From positions 624,559-684,000 of the forward strand of contig CM068774.1 of the NCBI GenBank assembly GCA_035084275.1: a stretch of 59,442 nucleotides of DNA, written 5' to 3'. The notes beneath the pieces are model-generated. The model did no database searches. It was not told the DNA's origin and saw only the letters and a list, made by a program, of their open reading frames with translations. The translations under genes and the position numbers were made by a program. The first letter of the stretch is position 1. Each line of letters begins with the position of its first letter. The DNA is from Hydrolagus colliei (Eukaryota). Positions 34,334-46,770 of the stretch are shown here, one piece after another.

Positions 34334-36209
34334 GTAAGAGCTTCCTGATTGTAACACTGGAGCCCTGTAGCTCATTCGTGTGAGTGCTCGCCTCACAAGC
34401 AAGTGACCTCGGTTCAATTCCCAGCAGAGTGAGATGTTGGCCATGTAGCCTTACTCTAAATGCCTCTGTACTTTGCAGTAAGGAGGAACACAGTTGTTAG
34501 TTACTTTTCCTGGGGTATCAGTTGCTTCAAAAACAAATTATAACAAAATGGTGGCTTTCATCCATACTAGTTTGTGGACGCTGCTATATGCAATTAGCTG
34601 CCGCATTTCACCCACAAAACAAATGTACTGTGAATTCAGACTGTACAGTGAATTTAAGTGCTTTGAGACATTTTTAAGACACCATTAGGCTCTGTAGCAA
34701 ATGCATGGATTATTATTATTATCGACTGGGCAACATCAACATGTTATCTCAGTGTCTCAAGGGGTAGACAAAGAGGGGTAAATGGAGCTGAGGTACAAAT
34801 CAGCCATGATCTAACAAAAAGGCAGAACAGGCTTGAGGGATTGATTGGTCTATTCCTGTTCTTCATTCCTAACAACAACAACAGCCTAAGATTGGCATCT
34901 CCAGATAGCACAATGTCTGAAAGAGCTTCACAGAATTTTAATTAATAATAATAATGATCCTTGCATCTGATATAGTGCTCTATCACACCTAGGAGACATC
35001 TCAGCGCAATAGCCCATCTTCAACTGCCTCTCTCGGTGTTTCTGCCATCTTTGACCCTCTGCCATCTCCTGCCTCTAGACAGTGTCCCTGGCTTCTTTGT
35101 CTGCTCGCCTCAATGTAAATCTCTGCTCTACCATAGTGACTCCCAGTCCAACCATCTGGCTTCTACAGGACCCCATTTCTAAGCTCATTGATACTCCAAA
35201 TATGGTATACTGCATGGCATCCTGCAGGCTACTGACCACCACAGCACTTTTGTTAGTCCGCTTGGTATCTGAGACAGACCAAAATTTGTTGGTTCTGTCA
35301 TGGAAAGTCATTGCCTTGATCAGCCAGGTGTCTGAATTGCATGAAAACTCATTATCATGATTGGTACACACGGACATCCATCACCATGATCAGGCCTGGT
35401 GTCTGCAAGGGTGGAAACCAACTGACACACTTAAGAATCTAAAATACAGATTGCCTGTTGAACATCAATAACAATATTTTACATTTATAAAAGGTCCTTC
35501 ACATGGGGTAGTATCCCAGATCACTTGACCGTGGCAGAGTCTGACACTGAGCCACAGGGTGAGAGTTGGGGAAGGTGACCATCAGCATGATCAAAAAGGA
35601 AGGTCTTTAGGCTGTATTTAAAAGGTGGGATGGAGGGGGCAAGGCAGAGGGATTGAGGGAGAAAATTCCAGAATTTTAGGGTAGTGCCCACCAATGGTGG
35701 AGTGGAGGGCATGAAGGACAAGCAAGAGGCTGGAACCAGCTGAGCAGAGACAGCAGAAGTGGGAGTGAGGGGTAAGCAGTTTGGATACATAGGGAGGTGT
35801 GAGGGCTCAAAGCGTTTGTGAACAAGTGAGAGGATCTTGAAATTCATCCATTTGGAAATTGGTGGTGATGGGAACCTCACCAGGACTGGAGCAATGGGAG
35901 TTCTGAGTTCTGTGCAGGGAGTATCCGGGCTGTGGAGTTTGACATAAGTAAGCCACTTACACACGGAGTTACATGCTGTTTACCAAATTCAGAGAGTAAT
36001 GGATTAGACACAGGTTGGCGGGAGCCAAGGTTGGAGATCTTAGGAATTGTGAATTGTGGTAACTGCTGGAGTTTAACCAGCGACAATAACAACAACTTAC
36101 ATTGATACAGTCCTCTCCACCCCGGGCTGTATCTCAGAGCACTTCACAATTAAACCCACATAGCTATAACAATAGAGAGCATTGTATGATATTCTTATTG
36201 GCACCACAG

Positions 36210-36322
36210 ACATTTCTCTGGGAAAAAACCCACCATCAACAATGTTGGATTGGACTCAATGATATCAACGCTGAAGGTAGCTGGATTTGGGTGGATGGAA
36301 CAAGTTACACATCATCTGTGAC
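36210..36322 (+). CDS. C-type lectin domain exon 2
   Basis: 113 nt, phase 0-2. Reads TFLWEKTHHQQCWIGLNDINAEGSWIWVDGTSYTSSV (WIGL motif); donor GTAAGT. Confidence 0.93.
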
Positions 36323-36593
36323 GTAAGTCTTTTATATCGTTCCTTCGCTTCATTTGGCTACAAATACACAATCTTACAGCAAATACTGTAAAGGGCTTTG
36401 AGAAGTCTTACCAACATAAAAGGCATAAGATCAAATGCGATTGTAATAGTAATCCTTATATTGTAATTATAATACTCGCATTAGATAATAGAGATATATC
36501 ATGTCTTCGAGATATCTCAACAGTTCACAGAATATAAAGTGAATTGATTGTACGTTTTGTTGGTGTCATGCAAGACCTATCATACCTGTGAAA

Positions 36594-36894
36594 CAGTGGT
36601 TCCCAACCTCGGGTCATGACCCAAATCAGTGACGCGAGGGCACCTCAGTAGGATCGCGAAGGGTCATCAGAATTTATTTCTTTTTCCTTTTTAATGCTGA
36701 AAAATGCTCGAGGCGACAACTCCGACCAAGTTGTATGAAAGACCGTACTAGCGAGTTGTGCTGAGTCTACAAAAGAGAAGGAGATATTGTCTCGGCTGAG
36801 CTTTGCTTCAGTCACGCAGTCACCCGCAGAGGATCGGGAGGACCTGTTGGTGGCTAATTTAGGGTCGGGGCAAAAAAAATGTTGGGAACCAGTG
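36594..36894. mobile_element. hAT-type MITE, 301 bp
   Basis: TIR CAGTGGTTCCCAAC / GTTGGGAACCAGTG; 8-bp TSD CTGTGAAA / CTGTAAAA (7 of 8 match). Confidence 0.85.
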
Positions 36895-37253
36895 CTGTAA
36901 AGGATAGACTTTCTATTTAGTGACGTACAATACATTACAAATTTATACGTATATCTCTTTAAAACTGAGATGTCACATGACATTTAATAATCCTGGCTGG
37001 ACACCTGGGCTGAGGCTGTGAGTTGAGTGGTGGGTGGGGGAAGGTGAAAGATGAACAAGAGAAACAAAAGGTCTTGATATGATCCCACAATGTGATGGAG
37101 GACAGGAGTTATGGAGAGATTCCATGATGGAGTTCCAGAGAGTGGGGGCAGAATGGTTCAAAGCTTGACCGCCGCCTTTGGTGTTCTGGTTAATGTGGAG
37201 TAGATGCTCTTGTGATACATTTACTCTTATTTAATTTCTCTATTTTATTCCAG

Positions 37254-37380
37254 ATTCTGGCAAGCAGGTGAACCAAATAACCATGGAAATGAAGATTGTG
37301 TGCACTTCATGGCAGATGGAAAATGGAATGACGATAAATGTACTGAGAAGAAAACATTTATTTGTGAGAAAACATTTTAG
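37254..37380 (+). CDS. C-type lectin domain exon 3 (terminal), CD209/CLEC4-like
   Basis: Phase 2. Reads FWQAGEPNNHGNEDCVHFMADGKWNDDKCTEKKTFICEKTF*; EPN and WND motifs. Confidence 0.95.
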
Positions 37381-38279
37381 GTCAGCTAAAGGTCAAACTC
37401 AACTGGGGCCAAATTTCTGTTGTGGGAGAGGTTGGTCAGTCCTGGTCCTGACCCTCCCTGTAGGCATGTGTTTCTTAGTATATTCTCTGTTTTGTCTTGT
37501 CATTCTCCCATTCTGCACAATGTGACTACAACAAGTTGCATTTATACAGCGCCCCTCACACAGCCTCACACAGCGTGGGAGATGAGAAGGCGGGAGGTGA
37601 CCTGCACAAGTGAAAAGTGTTCAGATGAGATCTGAGGAAGGGCACAGAGGGAGTGAGTGGGGAGCAGGGATTGAGGCAGAGAATGCCAGAGGTGTCAGGC
37701 TCTGAATGGGAGGCTGCATTCACCCTGTTCCCCTAGCTCTCACGCAAAGCCATCCACAACCTCGCCCCACCCTACATCCGTGACCTTCTAACCCCTTACC
37801 AACCTGCCCGCCCCTTCCACTTAGCAGGAGTTCCCCCGCCCCACCCGCCCCACCATTGGTGGCCGAGCCTTCAGCCACTCTGCCCTCAACCTCTGGAACT
37901 CCATCCCGCAGACCCTACACCTCGCCCTCTCCCTGGCCTCCTTCAAGACTCTCCTCTTCGATGGTCCCATCAGTAACTCCTAATCCCCCCTTCCCTCCCC
38001 TGCCCCCAGCTTGTGTCAGACTGTCCAGGCGCTCTATAAATGTAAATTGTTGTTGTTGTCGTTGTTGTCCAGCACCTTAGGACATCCTCCTGACATGAAA
38101 GGTGCTATACAAGTATAATTTTGTTGTTGTTGTTGTTGTTGTAGGTCTCACATATTGTAGCATTCTGTCCTCTATGTTCCCCCCATCCCAGAATCTGTTG
38201 TCATGGGTAAATGTTAAAGTGTTTTAAGAATATAAAATATAAGTGCAGTGCTAAGTAACCGCAAGGCAGAAACCCAAAA

Positions 38280-38490
38280 TGTGGCAAGATAAGATCAGGA
38301 GGTACCAGGACACAGGAAGTATGACCCAAACCACACGAAGGGACCAATCAGGAGAGAATAAAATGTGGTTAAAGGGAGAAGTGAAATACCTGGCCTGGTT
38401 AAGCTTTGATCCATTGAGAAGGCACCAGATAAGAAGCGTTACTGTCTCTTTTGAGACTGTCGCTATGCAAGCTTGCAGAAGATAAGTCAT
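38280..38490. promoter_or_regulatory. Dense haematopoietic TF-motif cluster (enhancer or solo-LTR U3)
   Basis: AGATAA x3 (38287, 38427, 38480), ACAGGAAGT (38312), AAACCACA (38328), CCAATCA (38344), TGTGGTT (38364), GAAGTGAAA (38378). Confidence 0.35.
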
Positions 38491-40069
38491 GTATGGAATT
38501 AAACAAATAAACTGTGATATGAGCAGACAGGATGACGTTTCTCATTGAAGACAACTGTGTTAAAGTATTTAAGTTGCCCTTAAACAAAGGTTAGATGTAT
38601 CTCCAGAATGGCAGCGGAGCAAGAGAAGACAAATGCTGTAACAGAAATCCGGTAAAACAGTTGTGTCTTGCGTATTTTTGTTTCATTTATTTGTGTATTG
38701 CCTGCTGTTTTGACCTGAATAAATTGACTTAACTCAACCAATTGGTATACAGTACAGGTACTGGGATCGGATCATTCTAAAGTTGTTGAAATAGTTGCAA
38801 ATGTTTCTAACAAATCCCTGACTCCCTCCCTCCCTCCCTGATAGTAACAGTAACAAGAGTAAAAATATGAATAGTAATAGCAGCCACAGCAGTAATGAAA
38901 GCAGTGATACCATTACCAGTGGTAATAGTAATATTAATGATTGTAATACAGTATTAATAATCATTGTATGAATAATATTACTAGTAAAACTAATAGTAAT
39001 CACCATAGTACAGTAGTAAGAATATTATTAGCAAAACTAATGATAGTTGTCATGTTAGTATGAGCAATAATAACCATGGGGGATACGTTCCTGAAACCCC
39101 CCCCTCGTTAGTAAAACTGCGGTTGGCAAATCCAAGGCCTTATGGGAATCACGGGGTTAGGGGGAGTAAGTTGCTTGTTCTTTTACTAAACACAATAAAA
39201 ATACCGAACAATAACCGAACAAAAACAATAAATATTCAAATAACACCATAAAAAACACACAAAAAACAATAAATTGGTCACTTCAATCCATGTAAATGTT
39301 ATTTTCGCATTGTTAGCCAGCGCACCAGGAAAAACTTCTCTCTGTGAGTAGCGTTGCAGTATCTTAAACAGAAACATACATTTGAGCAACATCAACCTGC
39401 ACTGATACAGGTAGCGTCTCAGAGAGCTTAAATAGTGCACAGATTATTAACGTTTTATCCTAAAAGTGCAGTGTTATCAGACGACATACTATGTCAAATG
39501 CAAGTATTATTATTATTAACATGACTTTGTGTTTATTATGCTGACTAATAAACCTATGTGTTTCAAGACTTCAATGACTCTTCCTCTCGTTCTTAATTTC
39601 TCCTCGTCAGTCTGGGGTACTTGCCTTATCACGGTGGGAGGACATCTCAAAGCATTTACTGTGAAGTGGATTTAAACCAGACAATGTGTTTCACACGGCA
39701 ATGTCCCACAATCGGTCGTGGATTGAAGTGACCAATTTATTCTTGTTTTTTTGAGGGATTATTTATTATCATTATTTATTAACCTCTTGCCCAAGGTTTC
39801 ACTGTGACTTGACAGGAATTGGACCCAGGTCTCTCGCTGCGAGGTGAATGCTCTAATCACTGAGCTACAGGATAATCATAGACTCTCTGTGGCCATTCTA
39901 CCCATCTTGCCCGTGATAGCAATCCAAATGAATGTGACTCCCACATGCTCTCTCCATAACCTCGCAAATTTGTCTCCCCAAATATCTAGCCACCATAGCT
40001 ATTTCCCACTTCCAGTTAGATATCTTCACATAATATTTAACTGTATCTTGTCCCTTTCCATTTTCTGTT

Positions 40070-40745
40070 TTATTTGAATCCCACTTTCTTAGTCACCCAG
40101 GGAGGTTTAGATTCCCCAATCTAACAATCTCCTTGAAATTAGCTGCCAATCTTTCCAGTCCATCCTAGATAGCTCCCTTTATAACTCACTGAAATTAGCC
40201 ATCATCCAGTTGAGTATCCTCAGCGTTGATTGTTCCCCGTCTCTTTCCTTAAGCCTCAAAACCTAATGATCTTGTGATCACTGTTGTCCAGCTACTCTTC
40301 CACTGAAACCTGTTCCAATTGGTCCCAACTTCATTCCACAGAACAAGATCCAGCACTGCTTCCTTCCTCGTTGGGCTGGAAGCACACTTATCCAGAAAGT
40401 TACCCTATATTTCAGGAATTGCTCCCCTTCCTCGCCCACCCATGACACTGTTATTTTGCCAGTCTATGTTTGGATAATTGACTCCCCCATTATCACTACT
40501 GGTTATACCATTGGTTATACATTTTCTGAAATTTGCATGCAGGTTTCCTGGTCTATCTCCTTCCCACTATCTGTGGTATATACTTAAGAATGTAACAGTT
40601 CATTTACTGTTCCTTAACTTAAACCAAATAGATTATGTTTTCAAACCCTCCAGCACACTGTCCCTTCCCAAGGCTGTAACCATATTTTTGATCAATGGTA
40701 ACCATGTCCTTCTTGTGTAGGATAACTTTCTGGATCACTATGTTT
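40070..40745 (-). mobile_element. Decayed CR1 endonuclease-region fragment
   Basis: Similar to 29950-30440 of the young CR1. Confidence 0.75.
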
Positions 40746-41910
40746 CCAGCCCAATGAAAAAGGAAGCAATGTGCGATATAGCTCTGGGGAAATAAGTGGG
40801 GAATGTGGAGCAGACTTGCTCTCTCACTGCTGGCTTGGCTCACTGCCAGGTCCTAGCTCCGTCGCGCCCACTTTCCACCCACTGGCGAACGACGTATTAG
40901 CAAAGGTCACAACGTTAAGCGAAGTTTACCTGCAATAAGAACAATGACGGCCAGAGTAAAAGCCCGTGTATCCAGCACCCTCGATGGGAATCTGTTAATT
41001 GAGCATGCCGGATATTCGGACGGTAAGTTGCTGAAAACCCAACACAAAAAAATACTTATTTTAAAACATACCATATTAATAATAGACTAAATAGTAACAG
41101 AATATTGGATGGATACTTCGCAATAAAGGATTCCAGCAAACTCGGTAAAATGAGCAGTAAAAAAAGCATTCCAGCGTTTGTAAGTTTAATACGTGCATAT
41201 GCACACGGATTGCACACATGCGCAAAGTGAGCACACTCGCGATTGCTGGAAAGGTGAATTGTGTCGGGAGGGGGTTGAGAATCTGGTTGGTTGGGTGCCG
41301 GATAAAGGGCTTTTACTGTAATAACTATAATCCTTGTGAGAAGCCAAATTGTGGTTTGCTGAATATTTCCATGTCAGCCTGGCTCAGTCTGTAGCGTTCT
41401 CTCTCTCTCTCTCTCTCTCTGTCTTGTCTGTGAGACAGAAGGTTGTGAGATCAAGTCTAGATTGTAAGTTCAAAGTCTTGATGTTGGCCTTGAAACCCAG
41501 TTTTGTGACAGAAAGTCAGGAGAGAGCACTAGCCCCTGAGCCAGCCTGACATAGAAATATTCAACAACAACAATTTGGCTTCTCACATGGCAGCAGCTCA
41601 GGGAGCTTAATAGGTCCAACAACACCAAATCTCACCCAACAACAACACCAAAACTTCAATTGTATAGCAGCTTTGATGTGGTTCTTGAAAGAAGCGAGGG
41701 ATGGGGTGAGACGGAGGGACTGAGCGATAGAACACTAGAGGGTGAGAATGGTTGAAGGCCCGGCCACCAATGGTGGGGAAGGCCTGAAGCGGCCCAGAGC
41801 CCACCGAGCGGAGGGAGTGGCAGATTTGTAGGGTCATATAATAATAATGTTACGGTGCTCACAGAGGCCTCTACTCACTGTGCATCTCTCTCTCTGTGGT
41901 TTACTTCCAG

Positions 41911-41977
41911 CTGCTGGCTCAATGACAAAAATGGATTGAGGTGGAGTTTCCTGGGTCCCGTGTATCTGATCATTGTG
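41911..41977 (+). CDS. ADGRE/CD97-like adhesion GPCR A, ECL2-TM5 exon
   Basis: 67 nt, phase 2-0. Reads CWLNDKNGLRWSFLGPVYLIIV; acceptor ttacttccag, donor GTAATG. Confidence 0.9.
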
Positions 41978-42260
41978 GTAATGACTACACAGATTGTACA
42001 GTTGTACAGTTGAGAAAGTAACCAGTAGGTGTCAATGTAGCACAGTGTAAATTATGGTATTGATATAGGAGCTCAGAGATGCACTCTGGCCTGATGGCCG
42101 TTATGTAAATCCAAGTTGTTTTTGTCGTTGTCCTTTGGACATCCACACTTTTGATGTGTTGTCCACCCAGAACCTCCAACAATGGAACCAGCACTCCCCC
42201 CATGGCTCCTCAATGGATCGTCAGCGTTTTCAAAACTTGAAAAGATCTATATCAAATGCA

Positions 42261-42462
42261 AGGATTATTATTATTATTTACCACCCAGTGGTACACTGAC
42301 ACCTAATAGTTTAGTTCCTCAAATGCTGATGGCTGTCATACAACACATGACAGCCATCAGCATTTGAGGAACTAAACTATTAGGTGTCAGTGTACCACTG
42401 GGTGGTAAATAATAATAATAATCCTGCAACACATGACAGCCATCAGCATTTGAGGAACTAAA
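42261..42462. repeat. Perfect 79-bp inverted repeat (7-nt loop) plus 36-bp direct repeat
   Basis: 42261-42339 is the reverse complement of 42347-42425; 42341-42376 equals 42427-42462. Confidence 0.95.
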
Positions 42463-43029
42463 TGTATATAACCATATACTGTACTGTATACTCAATTAAA
42501 ATTGTATAATATAACCATATAATGTGTACTGAATTATAATTGTATAATAATATAACTATATATCATTATGAAATTCAAAGAATTATGATAATTATAAAAA
42601 TAATATAAGGATGATATAATAATATTGACCATTATAATATATGATCCCATGTAATCATAACGATAATACTATGATCCTATATAATAATGATGATATTATA
42701 ATTCTAAATAGAATTATATTCAAGTATAATTATCATAATATAATATATAACACCTTGGGATGTCCTCCTAACATGAAAAGTGCAAGTGAAATGTTGTTGT
42801 TGATTAATATATTAATGAAGATGTTTAACAATGAATATATTACTGTTTATATATTCTAATAATATAATAATCTCTAACGATATTAATAAGTATATAATAA
42901 TACAACTTCAGTGCCTTGGGATGTCCTCCCAATGTAAATGTAATTTTGTTGTTGTTCTATATAATGATGATTATTATAATAATATGATCCTATATCATCA
43001 TGATAATTATAATAATATAATAATGACAA

Positions 43030-43300
43030 TCCTGTAGCTCAGTGGTTAGACCACTCACCTTGCAAGCCTTGCAAGATACCAGGGTTCGATTCCACGCAAG
43101 TCAGGGCAGGTCTTGGGCAAGTTTCCTTACTCCACACTCAGCCCACGACTGTTTGTGGGGACGCTGATGTGCGCAATTGGCTGCCGCGTTTGCGTCCATG
43201 GGTGTACAGTCAATTCACTTTGCAGTGTTTTCTGTGGGACACTTTGAGACACAGACCAGAAGATGCAAAGACGCTGTATCAAATGCAAGGATTATTATAA
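43030..43300 (+). mobile_element. tRNA-derived SINE, near full length
   Basis: TAGCTCAGTGG box A, GGTTCGATTCC box B, L2-type tail. Confidence 0.9.
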
Positions 43301-43549
43301 TAATATATAAGTGATAATCATATCATTATGCAGTACCAATAATATAATTAAATAATAATTTTTATAATATAAGACAAATAATAATGAAAATCTAATAATA
43401 ATATAAACCATCTCCCCAGACTGACTTAAAATAATAATATATAATAATATAATAACGATAATATGCACCCTCCCTTATAGACATACTTCTCTGCAGTATT
43501 TCGGAAAGATTTGCCAGTGAATGTGTGTGAGGCATGCTGTTTACATTGT

Positions 43550-43597
<48 letters not shown>

Positions 43598-44071
43598 TGG
43601 TGGAGGGGTGGGTGTGGGGGTGAAATGGAATTAGAGATCCTTGGTTTATCCACAATAATAAAATTGGTCATTTCTATCCACGGCTGTGTGTGTGGGGGGT
43701 GGGGGACACTGCTGTGCTCCATTGGCTGCCTCGTTTCGCCCACAAAAATACAGTCAATTCACTTGACACAATATTCTGTGAGGCGCTTTGAGACGTCGAT
43801 AAGATTGTGAAAAGCCCTATATCAAATGCAAGGATTATTATTATTATAATCCCTCAAAATAAATAAAAATAAATGGGTTACGCAATCGACGACTGTTTGT
43901 GGGGACGCTAAAAGCCAAAAACCTGAAGGGAGGGAAACGGAGATGTACGCAATTCACTTTACAGTCTATTCTGTGAAGCGCTTTGTGGCGTCTAGAAGGT
44001 GTGAAAAGCGCTATATCAAATGCAAGGATCAGCATTATTATTCCAATGCTACGCAATTTGTTGCCTAACAG

Positions 44072-44160
44072 GTCAACTTTGCCCTGTACCTGACTGTGCT
44101 GTGTATCCTTCGGCACAATGTGACCAGCCGCAGCATGGAACTGCCGACGGTCAACACCAG
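44072..44160 (+). CDS. ADGRE-like A, TM5-ICL3 exon
   Basis: 89 nt, phase 0-2. Reads VNFALYLTVLCILRHNVTSRSMELPTVNT(R); donor GTGAGA. Confidence 0.88.
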
Positions 44161-45050
44161 GTGAGAGCCAGCACCTCTCAGCTCCTGCAAACGTCTGCTA
44201 TCTGGCCGCTAGCTGCCGTCTGCCTACAAATTCAGACAATGAACTTTACTGTAAAATCCTGTGAATCTTGCTCTCCCCACCGTCCTTCCCCCCACCTCAC
44301 TTTCCTTTACCCCATTCCCTTTCCCTGGCTCCCTTTACCCCACCCCTTTAGGCCATCTGTTTTCGCCCCTCCCTTTCCCCAACTCCCCAACCACCCTTTC
44401 CCCCCACCTCTGCTTTCCCATTCCCATTTTCCCCCCATCCCCCATCCATTCAACTACCTCTCCTATGCCCCTCCTATCCACCGATCATTTTCCCCATCCC
44501 ACAACAACAACAACTTTGATTTATATAGCACCCTCCATGCTAGACAGCGTCTCAGAGCGCTTCACTGTAATGGATCCCGGGACCGAGCCTCCTCCCCTCC
44601 TCCTTTACCACCCACCTCCCTTTTCCCTTTCCCTTTTCCAAATCCCTTCCCTTCATACCAATTCCCCCGATCCCTTTCCTCTGTTCCTCCCTTTGTTCGG
44701 CTTCCAATTTTGAGTGCAGTGAACAGGAGGAGAGCAAACATTTTGAACTGACATTGAGGTTTAGCGACTTTGGGCGTGGAGGATAACAACAGCGACAAAC
44801 AACAGCCGTGGATTGGAGGCACTGATTTTATTGTAGTTTTTTTCTTGAGCGATTATTATCAGACGTGTGTAGGGAGTAAGGAGACTTGCCCACTTGTGCT
44901 CTAACTGCTGAGCTACAGGACTCCCCAGTGATTGTGTGTTTGCTGGTGACTGTGGCAGCCAGCGATGCCCATGCAAATAGCCATGAAGTGAGTGAGCAGA
45001 TTATTTACTGGGATGAGGTTTACGCTGATGATGATCTTGTTACTGTGCAG

Positions 45051-45219
45051 GATGATGGTGTTTAAAGCCACAGGGCAGGTGTTTGTCCTGGGCTGTACCT
45101 GGATCCTCGGAGCCTTTCACTTCCAGAAGGAAATGGTTGTCATGGCTTATCTATTCACCATCGTCAACAGCTTCCAGGGCGTCTTCATCTTCATCTTCCT
45201 TTGTCTGTTAAAAAAAGAG
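45051..45219 (+). CDS. ADGRE-like A, TM6-TM7 exon
   Basis: 169 nt, phase 2-0. Reads [56 protein letters not shown]. Confidence 0.93.
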
Positions 45220-46074
45220 GTAATTGATGGTGAATGGGGTTGAGGGTGAGAGTCTGCGTCTGTGTGTGTGTGTGTGTGGGGGGGGGGGGGGACGCGGATG
45301 GAAAAGGGGGAAGGAGTTTAGTACAGTGTATTTAAGTAAATCAAGACTTCAGCTCTTGTGAAGTTTGAGGTTTTAGGTGTCATCCCAGCTCTGTCAGTTG
45401 CGCTGTCATCTCTGAAGCAATAAAACAACAAAATAGGGATGTTGAAGAACCCGCGGCTCTGAACAGAAACGTGAGTGGAGGGACAGGCTTGAGGGGCTGA
45501 ATGGCCTAATCCTGCTCTTATTTCTTACATTCCTGTGAATGGAGTTTCCTCCTCTTCATGCCATGGCAATCCACTGCCTAAATCCTTGACAATCCCTGGA
45601 CAATCCCTGGTCAAATCAAGTTGGTCACAGGAGACTGTGGGTGGTGGTGAGGGAGGTCAGGGCTGGAGATGTTTTCATACTCACTGCATTTAACTCCGGA
45701 AATGCAGGAAGCCACCACTTAACCTGATTCTGTGAAAGGAAGAGGAACAAGCGAAGGAGAAGTCACTCAGTCAGCAAGATACGTGACTCAGCTAAAACCC
45801 CGTGTTTATTTTTTAGGGATTATCACCAGGCGTGTGGAGTAAGGAAACTTGCCCAAATTTTCACCCTGCCTGGAACCAACCCAGATCTCTCTCTCGCGAG
45901 GCGAGTGCTCGAAACACTCAGCTGGAGGACTCCCATCATTAAGGATTATTATTGTTGATGTTGACACCCATTGAGCCAGTCCAATGTACAGAGATCAGAG
46001 GCAGAGTTTGGTTGAGGTCTGACGTGGGCAACCAAGGCAGGGTCTGTTTCTCACTGGTTTTGGTTTGTCCTCAG

Positions 46075-46220
46075 GTAAGGGCTGAGATGGGGAGATGCTA
46101 TGCAACCTGCCGAGCAAAGGAGGAACTAAATACTCATCTCTAAAGAACAAAATGTCTTCCCTGTACATCCAATGGACCAACTTGCCAGAGCCTGAGATCA
46201 ACACAGCTGATGTCACTTGA
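46075..46220 (+). CDS. ADGRE-like A, C-terminal tail exon (probable -1 frameshift)
   Basis: Acceptor ttggtttgtcctcag, phase 0. VRAEMGRCYATCRAKEELNTHL* stops at 46141-46143; the shifted frame gives GGTKYSSLKNK..., stopping at 46218-46220. Confidence 0.7.
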
Positions 46221-46484
46221 CCTCTCTGAGTTTTTCATAGTGAGGAAGATGGACATCCTAGCATTATTCTGCTCATGTTTGTAGAGTTTAGTAGAGTGTG
46301 TTTTCATAAGTAAAAATAAAACCAGCTTCTGCCACTAAGGTATGATCAGTTATTTCGGAACCAAAAGAGTTAAGATCAGTGCACAGGTCTTTCTCGAAAA
46401 ATGTCCTCAGGTTAATCAATCATTGGCTTGGTGCCAGCCTAACTGAGTATTGATAATGTATTTTCTTTTTCCTGTCTAACCTAG

Positions 46485-46512
46485 GAGATTGATGAAGTCA
46501 AGTTTGTATCTG
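46485..46512 (+). CDS. Candidate 28-nt micro-exon downstream of the ADGRE tail exon
   Basis: Strong acceptor attttctttttcctgtctaacctag and donor GTATGT; reads EIDEVKFVS, phase 0-1. I found no good matching donor in the preceding exon. Confidence 0.35.
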
Positions 46513-46770
46513 GTATGTTTCTATCCTGTAGCTCAGTGGCTACAGTGGTCCTCGTGACGTGAAAGGCGCTCTACAAGTACAAGTGTAACTTTGCTATTGT
46601 TGTCGTTAGCTCAGTGGTTAGAGCAATCGCCTGACAAGAATGAAACCTGTGTTTGAATCCAGGCAGATCAGGGTGAAGCCTTGGCAAGTTTCCTTACTCC
46701 ACACACATGCCTTATAATAATCATCCAATAATAATAATAAGAAGAATTCATGGCTGGAAAAAGAATGGAT

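Noticed and set aside
39075-39170. Tigger/Tc1-mariner-like fragment (gggggatacgttcc...)
   Set aside because: Resemblance from memory only; no paired TIRs or TA TSD located.
42470-43030. AT-rich ORFs rich in Asn/Ile/Tyr
   Set aside because: Degenerate (TAA/TAT)n low-complexity sequence.
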